From the IMG/VR virus record IMGVR_UViG_3300045988_068193: DNA of 16,671 nt, one strand, 5' to 3'. The stretch's first letter is position 1; each line of letters starts with the position of its first letter. Source of the stretch: a virus. A model generated the notes under the pieces. The model saw only the letters and a list, made by a program, of their open reading frames with translations. It had not been told where the DNA came from and ran no database searches. A program made the translations under genes and the position numbers. Below, one piece after another: positions 1 to 5,646 of this stretch.

Positions 1-38
1 CCCAGAGGTCCATGGTTCAAATCCATGCCCCGCTACCA
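1..38 (+). tRNA. 3' portion of a tRNA gene, probably tRNA-Met-like. The anticodon and 5' half lie left of the window.
   Basis: The visible parts are: CCCAG (anticodon-stem 3' strand with CCC, as in initiator-type tRNA-Met), AGGTC variable loop, T-arm CATGG-TTCAAAT-CCATG, acceptor 3' strand CCCCGCT, discriminator A and an encoded CCA ending at 38. The copy at attR has no matching 5' acceptor strand upstream, so the intact gene must be the one at attL. Confidence 0.6.
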
Positions 39-55
39 CTTGACCGTCGTTCCCA
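1..55 (+). repeat. attL: direct repeat identical to 16617..16671; its length is limited by the window edges
   Basis: Character-by-character identity of 1..55 with 16617..16671. The repeat contains a tRNA 3' end. Confidence 0.9.
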
Positions 56-366
56 TTATCGGAACGGCGGTTTTTTAATATCTGCTCGGCCTTCATCGGC
101 GTTAAATCGGTCCTTAGCAGCGTCTCAAGACCGACTCCGAAGAAATCGGCGGCGTTGCACATATCCTCAAAGAACCATGTTTGCTTGTTTTGAAGCATCT
201 TTGAGAGAGCCTGAGGTACTTTATCCATACACTCGGCCAGATCCTTCTTCTTCTTGCGAGATACCGCTAAGAGCAAATTAATGTTAGCGACAGCGATTTT
301 TTGCCGCTCTAGTCCAGTACTTGTTTTTCTAAGCATTGTGTTAACCATACCTTCATTATAAACCAT
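1..366 (-). CDS. cI-like XRE-family HTH repressor; the 3' end is open at the window edge and no stop codon is present
   Basis: I translated the minus frame by hand. It is open from 426 down to 1. The product reads MVYNEGMVNTMLRKTSTGLERQKIAVANINLLLAVSRKKKKDLAECMDKVPQALSKMLQNKQTWFFEDMCNAADFFGVGLETLLRTDLTPMKAEQILKNRRSDNGNDGQVVAGHGFEPWTSG... and has a typical HTH_3-like helix pattern. Possible starts are ATG 366, 348 or 336. ATG 348 lies 6 nt after a TATAAT (360..355), which is compatible with a leaderless mRNA. The gene is divergent from a cro-like gene and co-oriented with int. Confidence 0.7.
   Translation of the reverse strand, partial: MVYNEGMVNTMLRKTSTGLERQKIAVANINLLLAVSRKKKKDLAECMDKVPQALSKMLQNKQTWFFEDMCNAADFFGVGLETLLRTDLTPMKAEQILKNRRSDNGNDGQVVAGHGFEPWTSG
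44..76 (+). terminator. Rho-independent terminator of the tRNA gene
   Basis: A 10-bp stem pairs CCGTCGTTCC (44..53) with GGAACGGCGG (61..70), including one G-U pair. The loop is 7 nt and the stem is followed by TTTTTT (71..76). Confidence 0.6.
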
Positions 367-432
367 AGGTTTAGTTGTGACGACACGCGGCAGATTTGAA
401 ATGTCTAAGCACCCGTGCTTTACTGATTAACT
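367..432. promoter_or_regulatory. Divergent genetic-switch region with back-to-back promoters and a candidate operator
   Basis: Plus strand: TTGAAA (396..401), 17-nt spacer, TTTACT (419..424), 8 nt before the GTG at 433. Minus strand: TCGTCA (383..378), 17-nt spacer, TATAAT (360..355). A 12-bp palindrome AGCAC-CC-GTGCT (408..419) sits in the plus-promoter spacer and overlaps the -10. Confidence 0.45.
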
Positions 433-669
433 GTGAGTTTAGCAATCAATGAACAACAAACTATCGCCAAGCAGGTTCGCGGCAAGTTGCGTGCAAATCA
501 CGTCACGCAACGAGAGCTAGCGGACTCTGTGGGAATGAGCGAACAAGCGTTGTCGAACAAGCTTCGCGGCCTGAAGAACTTCACACTGCGTGATGTGTCG
601 CGTATAGCCGACTTCTTCGACGTTTCCACCGATTTCGTGCTCGGCCGTGAGCCATTGGGGGTGAAGTAA
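433..669 (+). CDS. Cro-like XRE-family HTH DNA-binding protein
   Basis: The 78-aa product contains QVRGKLRANHVTQRELADSVGMSEQALSNKLRG...FTLRDVSRIADFFDVSTDFVLG, a classic HTH_3 signature. It has a GTG start and is divergent from the repressor. Confidence 0.75.
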   Translation: MSLAINEQQTIAKQVRGKLRANHVTQRELADSVGMSEQALSNKLRGLKNFTLRDVSRIADFFDVSTDFVLGREPLGVK

Positions 670-744
670 TGGATTGGCACCTTGTTTTGTCTATTACGGC
701 TCTGGTTTTTTCCATTCTGGTTTCGATTTACGTGTCACGGTGAT

Positions 745-1356
745 TCAGATGGTTGGTTGCGGTGATTTTCTGGCGTCTTCGGGATTGTGGTGGAACCTTC
801 GGTGTGCGCTCCATGCACGGAATCGTTCGGCCAATCTGTGCGATGCCTTCCAGTCCTTTTCCTCCCACCATTTGTCGGCGAGTTCCGAAGTGAGGGGTAT
901 CTCTTCGTATCCGCAGCGTCGCAGTCTTGTAGGTGATTTGGTCCAGTGGATGCAGATCCTGGCATCCTCGGGCATGTCATCCGCGCCTTCGGGCGGCCAG
1001 ATGGCTATTTTCACGTCATCGCCGTCTTCGTTGGATATGCGAGGGACCATCGTCCGCTCGCCGATTTTCCAGCTACCGTTTGGGAGTTTTTCCCATGCAT
1101 ATGCGCGGATTATGCAGTTGTGTCCGAACACGCGGACATCGAAAGCGTCCCCATCGCCGTCATTGGCAATCATGGCCTTCCTGACTGGCAAGCGGCCGTG
1201 TTCGTCGGTCAGTGGTGGCGTCGCGTTGCGCAGGCGAGTGACGATGTACGAGTTCATCCATGACGCCTCTGGTCTATGCCGAACCGTTCTACCGAAGGTT
1301 ACGGCCGTCCAACCCAACGAAATTGCGGCGATGATGTCGCTGAAGTTCAGGTGCAT
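745..1356 (-). CDS. Hypothetical protein with an N-terminal membrane anchor; reverse-oriented moron, function unknown
   Basis: The 203-aa ORF has a strong SD (AAGGAAGGAAG) 5 nt upstream of the ATG at 1356. Third codon positions are G/C-enriched. A hydrophobic N-terminal segment reads DIIAAISLGWTAVTF. The overlapping plus-strand ORF 674..1468 is Ser/Cys-rich and looks like a shadow ORF. Confidence 0.6.
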   Translation of the reverse strand: MHLNFSDIIAAISLGWTAVTFGRTVRHRPEASWMNSYIVTRLRNATPPLTDEHGRLPVRKAMIANDGDGDAFDVRVFGHNCIIRAYAWEKLPNGSWKIGERTMVPRISNEDGDDVKIAIWPPEGADDMPEDARICIHWTKSPTRLRRCGYEEIPLTSELADKWWEEKDWKASHRLAERFRAWSAHRRFHHNPEDARKSPQPTI

Positions 1357-1464
1357 TTATTCTTCCTTCCTTCGTTGTTTGAAAGGTTTGGTTTGTGTGA
1401 TTACAAGCCTATCGCTGCGGAGGAAGGAGCCTAACCGTCCATCCATGAATCAAGGAGCAGTGAA

Positions 1465-1701
1465 ATGAGCGTTTTCAATCCGGAATGCGCCAGCAATTAC
1501 TTCCAGGTGCTGGACATCGACCCGTCGGAATGCACCGGCGGCAATCCCTACGCCTTCAAGTGCCGCATCAAGGTGGGCGAACGATCGTTCGATTTCGATG
1601 GCTTGGACATGGGCGACCTTCAAGGGATGAAGGGCGCGATCAACAAGGCGATGACGCACGCTAGGCGTGCCCGTCGTGAATGGGAAGGAGCCCAGGAATG
1701 A
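1465..1701 (+). CDS. Hypothetical early protein (78 aa)
   Basis: A GGAG SD lies 8 nt upstream of the ATG. The ORF is coupled by an ATGA overlap to the next ORF. Confidence 0.6.
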   Translation: MSVFNPECASNYFQVLDIDPSECTGGNPYAFKCRIKVGERSFDFDGLDMGDLQGMKGAINKAMTHARRARREWEGAQE

Positions 1702-1856
1702 GCGTCACAGTCAAACGTGTGGACAGGAAAAGCAGTCAGCGTTTTTACGAGCTGATCGTTGAGACGGAAGAAGGCGTGACGGTGCGCGTTCCGTTCAACG
1801 GTTACGAGCTTGACGATCTTGAGAAACAGATCGACCGATGCTTCAACGAGGATTGA
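1698..1856 (+). CDS. Hypothetical small early protein (52 aa)
   Basis: This ORF is below the ORF-track cutoff. Its ATG at 1698 overlaps the upstream stop (ATGA). The product is MSVTVKRVDRKSSQRFYELIVETEEGVTVRVPFNGYELDDLEKQIDRCFNED. Confidence 0.45.
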   Translation: MSVTVKRVDRKSSQRFYELIVETEEGVTVRVPFNGYELDDLEKQIDRCFNED

Positions 1857-1858
1857 CC

Positions 1859-1975
1859 GTGAAACGTTTCATCAAGATCGTTCTTCTGATTCTGCTCAGC
1901 CCCCTCGTGTTGTTCATGCTGGGGCTGGTGCTCGCGATCGTCCGTCTGGGTGATTTCCTCACCGACGACGACTGA
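1859..1975 (+). CDS. Hypothetical small membrane protein (38 aa)
   Basis: A GTG at 1859 lies 2 nt after the upstream stop. The product VKRFIKIVLLILLSPLVLFMLGLVLAIVRLGDFLTDDD has one clear transmembrane helix. Confidence 0.4.
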   Translation: MKRFIKIVLLILLSPLVLFMLGLVLAIVRLGDFLTDDD

Positions 1976-2412
1976 CGGCATCCGATAACTTCATAGCCCT
2001 TGACCCAGCCGAAGGTCGGTTGCTGGGGAGGCGTGATAAAGCACCCGGCCGCGCCTTGCCCAGCGCGTTACAAACACGCCCGGAATGCCGGGCGGTTACC
2101 ACGGCCCCAGCGGGGAGCTATGCGGGTGTAACAGATCGCTTCACGGCGTCTTGTTCGGGCGCAACTGGGGACCATCGCCGGCATGCGTGCCGGGCTGTAC
2201 AGCGAGACCTTGCGCGCGGCTTCGGCCGCTGACCTATGCGACGGCGCGGCTCCGTTACGAAGCAACCTTGCATGGCGAACCCTAACCCGGAAGACACTTG
2301 AGCGATCTTGTGTTTTCCGGCTTGGGTTCCCCGCTCTAACGCCCACCACCCGAAGGGCACATCATCCACAATCCTTATCCACTTATCCACAATATGAAAC
2401 GAGGTATGAGAC
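1976..2412. other. ORF-free, GC-rich, hairpin-dense intergenic spacer; candidate structured RNA and/or replication origin
   Basis: Only overlapping Arg/Pro-rich ORFs without SD sequences occur here, in several frames. Stable hairpins include 2004..2027, 2077..2094, 2178..2193, GCGGC-TTCG-GCCGC (2216..2229) and an extended stem at 2277..2329. Confidence 0.4.
2362..2391 (+). promoter_or_regulatory. Three tandem DnaA-box-like 9-mers
   Basis: TCATCCACA (2362..2370, 8/9), TTATCCACT (2375..2383, 8/9) and TTATCCACA (2383..2391, 9/9 to the TTATCCACA consensus). All are in the same orientation and end 21 nt upstream of the ATG at 2413. Confidence 0.55.
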
Positions 2413-2754
2413 ATGGGTTATTCGGTCGATTACAAGCCAACAAGCAGACGTGCCAAGAGGACGGTGCCGAAGAACAAGGCACAGCGCACGAAGGACATCA
2501 AGAACGCAATCCGTTGGAACATCGGGCAGTTGGAGCATGACACCATTGGCACCGACTCGGTACAGCGTCCCATGGTCATCGGCATTCTTCGGCTGAACCG
2601 CATCAGTCCGCACGCCGACCCGTCCGGCGATAACACCTTCCAGCAGCTGATCGCCGAGGGTTGGGTGCAGCGCCCGAAGCGTATCGGCGGCGTGCAGTGT
2701 TTCGACCGCGCAGACCTGATTAGATCGTTGAAGGCTTATGCGGGGGTGGCGTGA
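2413..2754 (+). CDS. Hypothetical basic protein (113 aa)
   Basis: A GAGG SD lies 8 nt upstream. The N-terminus is Lys/Arg-rich. The ORF is coupled to the next ORF through a TGATG overlap. Confidence 0.6.
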   Translation: MGYSVDYKPTSRRAKRTVPKNKAQRTKDIKNAIRWNIGQLEHDTIGTDSVQRPMVIGILRLNRISPHADPSGDNTFQQLIAEGWVQRPKRIGGVQCFDRADLIRSLKAYAGVA

Positions 2755-2945
2755 TGAATCCAAGGGCGAAACTGACCACGGCGCAGGCCGCACGGTACCT
2801 GCATAAGTCACAACGGCAGATGGAACGCATGAGGGCGGACGGCACCGGGCCGACGTGGTTCAAAGCGGGCGACGCGATCAACAGTCCGTGCCTGTACGAG
2901 CTGGCCGACCTTGACATGTGGGTGCGTGGGCAGAAGGCGAAGTGA
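2751..2945 (+). CDS. Excisionase/AlpA/MerR-type HTH DNA-binding protein (Xis-like)
   Basis: The product contains LTTAQAARYLHKSQRQMERMRADGTGPTWFKAGD....YELADLDMWV, matching the short excisionase-family HTH_17 pattern. The likely start is the ATG at 2754. Confidence 0.6.
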   Translation: MMNPRAKLTTAQAARYLHKSQRQMERMRADGTGPTWFKAGDAINSPCLYELADLDMWVRGQKAK

Positions 2946-2946
2946 G

Positions 2947-3666
2947 ATGGGGCGCAGGCAGACGATAGACCCGCTGGTGCGGGCGAAGGTCATCGACACA
3001 TGGGGCAACGATTGTTGGCTTGGATTGCCGGGCTGTACCAAGGTCGGCGCCGAGGACGACCATATCGTGCCCTACTCGCATGGCGGCATGGACACCGTGG
3101 CGAACATACGCCGCGCGTGCAAGCACTGCAACGCATCAAGGCAAGACCGCGTCTTGTACGGCTATGGGGCGCGGTTGCACATGGTGATAGTACCGCCAGG
3201 TTCCTGCGACCGTGAGGCCGTGGACTATATCGACGCGCATAAAGCGCCGGGCGACCCGGTGGTGTCGTTCAGCACGTTGGCCACGGCCATGGGCCTGACC
3301 AATCCCAGTCTTGCGTGCAGGCGCGCGGTGGCCATGGCATGGTCGGGCGCGTACCGGCAGTTCGCCACGTCGGCCGAGCCTATCGACGTGTGGCTGACCC
3401 GCACCACCATCAGCAGCAACCGGCATCCTCGGCTGTTGGACGAGTGGATAGCGTTGGACTATGACGTGCAGGTGATAGACCCCGGCTTCGCCGTCGAGTG
3501 GGAGCGCGCGAGGGACGACGCGACCCGACGTCGCGTCAGGCAATGGTACGCGCTGCACTTATCGCAGGCGTTGGTGGACGCGAGGCGTGCCGAACGGCGC
3601 GCGAAGCTCGTTGCCCTTGGCCTTCGCTCCGAGCCGGTGCAGATCGCTTCGCGGCCGAAGTGGTGA
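2947..3666 (+). CDS. HNH endonuclease with a ~170-aa C-terminal extension
   Basis: The HNH motif is CW.G.PGC....EDDHIVPYSHGG.DTVANIRRACKHCNASR. The ATG at 2947 follows the xis-like stop. The gene sits directly upstream of the terminase genes, as in HK97-like cos phages. Confidence 0.8.
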   Translation: MGRRQTIDPLVRAKVIDTWGNDCWLGLPGCTKVGAEDDHIVPYSHGGMDTVANIRRACKHCNASRQDRVLYGYGARLHMVIVPPGSCDREAVDYIDAHKAPGDPVVSFSTLATAMGLTNPSLACRRAVAMAWSGAYRQFATSAEPIDVWLTRTTISSNRHPRLLDEWIALDYDVQVIDPGFAVEWERARDDATRRRVRQWYALHLSQALVDARRAERRAKLVALGLRSEPVQIASRPKW

Positions 3667-3827
3667 GCCTGTTTTTTAAACACGCGGCCGGCCAAAAGAC
3701 CCCGCGCCCAGTTTTTTCTCCCCCTGAACATAAATAAAAAGCCGCAAAACGTTGGAATACCAACGAAATGCGGCGTATCGCTTTCAAAAAACGAAGATAC
3801 ACCATGTTTGTGATTGGAGCAACCGTT

Positions 3828-4139
3828 ATGGCGCTTTTAGCTGGAATGGATGACGACACCGGCCGTATCATCGGCCCGCAGGAACGCACGACAAGGCAGA
3901 TCGTGGACGACCTTAAAGCCAAGCACCCCGAACCCGACCCGATACGCGACGGCCTATGTCAATCCATGTTGTCGTTGGCCGCGAACATCGACGCGCAGAA
4001 CCGTACCGGCAAAGAGATCAGCCGGAACATGGGGCAGTACATAGACGCCCTGTGGAAGATACGCGACATGTACCCGACCGAGACCGTCGCCGACGACGAC
4101 GTGGAAGCCGTATGGAGCGGCGAAGCGTATGAGGATTAG
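3828..4139 (+). CDS. terS: Probable terminase small subunit
   Basis: The call rests on position between HNH and TerL, small size, and a GGAG SD 8 nt upstream of the ATG at 3828. The longer ORF start at 3768 is buried in the hairpin 3741..3774. The ORF overlaps the terL start. Confidence 0.5.
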   Translation: MALLAGMDDDTGRIIGPQERTTRQIVDDLKAKHPEPDPIRDGLCQSMLSLAANIDAQNRTGKEISRNMGQYIDALWKIRDMYPTETVADDDVEAVWSGEAYED

Positions 4140-5571
4140 AGGCGGCACCAAGCGCAACCCCGACCGGCGTACCGACGGCGGCCGGTTGGCCGCTGTTGCG
4201 CGAATGATGGGAACGCCGCTTATCCCTTGGCAACGGTACGTGGCGGACGTGGCGTGTGAGATCGACCCCGACACCGGGAGCTTCTATTACGACACGGTGG
4301 TGGTCAGCACGCCGCGTCAGTGCGGCAAGTCGGCGCTGGTGGACGGCTCCGACACGTACAACGCGAGTCTTGGCCGTCGCCGGCGCATCGCCTACGCGGC
4401 GCAGACCGGCAAGGACGCAGAAGACCACTTCAAGGAATACGCCGAGGCCATGAAGGCGAGTCGGCTGGTGCAGAAGGTGGACAAGTTCCGCTTTAGTAAC
4501 GGCAACATGTCGGTGACTTTCGGCAATGGCAGCACCATCAGCCCCATGGCCATGACCAAGATAGCCGGCCACGGCAAACAGTTCGACAAGGTGACCATAG
4601 ATGAGGCGTTCAGCCTGACCAAGGACGCCGGCGACACCATCATGGACGCCATCGTACCGACCATGAACACGCGACTTAAGCGCACCGGCATTACCGCGCA
4701 ACGGTGGATTACCTCGACCGAGGGCACCGCCGAAAGTACGTACTTCAATACGCTGTTGGACGGGTTGCGCGCCGGCGATGTGCCCGAACGTACCTGTTGG
4801 TTCGACTTCGGCATACCGGCCGACGCCGACCCCGAAGACCTCGAAACGATCATGCTGTACCATCCCGCTGCCGGCTACCTGTGGTACAAGCCCCAATTGC
4901 ATGACTTCCGCGAGGGCTTCGGCGACAACGTGGCCGGGTGGGCGCGTGCCTTCGGCAACCGACGCGACGAAGGAATCACCGACCGCGTGATAGACGAAGC
5001 GACATGGACGGCAACCGCCGTCGCCCCCATCGAACCGGACGCATTGGGCGACCGCCCGGTGGTGTTCGGCGTGGCCGTGGACGTGGACAGCACGCACACC
5101 AGCATATCGGCCGGCATCCTGAACATTGACGGCACCATAACCACGCAACTGATCGAAACACTGGACGGCACCGGGTACGCGCCAACCGAGCTTGTTAGAT
5201 TATGCGCAGCGTATGGCGCTCCGGTGGTGATAGATTCGCGCGGCACCGCCGCCGACCTCGCCGACCGGCTGCATCACATGACCGACCACAACGGCGACCC
5301 CTCGCTATCGTTCGTGGACATGGACGCCGGCGACTACCTGACCACCGGCCAAAGCTATGTCAGCGGCTTGGCCAACAAGGCGATATGGCACGCCGCCGAC
5401 CCCGACCTTGACGCAAGCGCGGCCAACTCGGCACGCAAATGGGCCGGCGACGCATGGCGCGTGAGCCGACGCGGTTCCACCGGCCTAACCAGCCCCTTGG
5501 AATCGTGCATGTTGGCCGCATGGGGCGCAGCCCACCGCCCCGAAGAGTCGGGGCCGCTGCAAATATTCTGA
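4129..5571 (+). CDS. terL: Terminase large subunit
   Basis: The 480-aa product has a Walker A-like VSTPRQCGKS, a Walker B-like VTIDEA, and a C-terminal nuclease-type region. Its position is canonical. Confidence 0.9.
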   Translation: MRIRGGTKRNPDRRTDGGRLAAVARMMGTPLIPWQRYVADVACEIDPDTGSFYYDTVVVSTPRQCGKSALVDGSDTYNASLGRRRRIAYAAQTGKDAEDHFKEYAEAMKASRLVQKVDKFRFSNGNMSVTFGNGSTISPMAMTKIAGHGKQFDKVTIDEAFSLTKDAGDTIMDAIVPTMNTRLKRTGITAQRWITSTEGTAESTYFNTLLDGLRAGDVPERTCWFDFGIPADADPEDLETIMLYHPAAGYLWYKPQLHDFREGFGDNVAGWARAFGNRRDEGITDRVIDEATWTATAVAPIEPDALGDRPVVFGVAVDVDSTHTSISAGILNIDGTITTQLIETLDGTGYAPTELVRLCAAYGAPVVIDSRGTAADLADRLHHMTDHNGDPSLSFVDMDAGDYLTTGQSYVSGLANKAIWHAADPDLDASAANSARKWAGDAWRVSRRGSTGLTSPLESCMLAAWGAAHRPEESGPLQIF

Positions 5572-5576
5572 CCCTT

Positions 5577-5616
5577 TTGGCGGCACTTGGCGGTACTTGG
5601 CGGCACTTGGCGGCAC
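5577..5616 (+). repeat. Four tandem 10-bp repeats, TTGGCGG(C/T)AC
   Basis: Read directly: 5577..5586, 5587..5596 (C to T variant), 5597..5606 and 5607..5616. They lie in the 75-nt gap between the terL stop and the portal start. Confidence 0.9.
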
Positions 5617-5646
5617 GGTGCTGGACGGGGCCGGCCTGCGGGCAGC

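Noticed and set aside
12-281. 89-aa plus-strand ORF starting inside the tRNA 3' end
   Set aside because: It starts within the tRNA/att core and is Arg/Ser-rich, with no SD. It lies antisense to a convincing HTH repressor ORF on the minus strand, so I treat it as a shadow ORF.
674-1468. 264-aa plus-strand ORF overlapping 745..1356
   Set aside because: The product is Ser/Cys-rich and low in complexity, and there is no SD. The minus-strand ORF has a strong SD, G/C-enriched third codon positions and a plausible membrane anchor.
2020-2596. Overlapping ORFs of 66-137 aa in the 1976..2412 spacer
   Set aside because: Several mutually overlapping frames on both strands are open here, all Arg/Pro/Ala-rich, without SD sequences or coupling. 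This is what random open frames in GC-rich non-coding DNA look like.
4018-5148. 376-aa minus-strand ORF inside terL, along with other antisense ORFs at 4392..4853 and 4875..5246
   Set aside because: These are typical high-GC antisense shadow ORFs (Arg/Gly/His/Val-rich) opposite a terminase with clear motifs.
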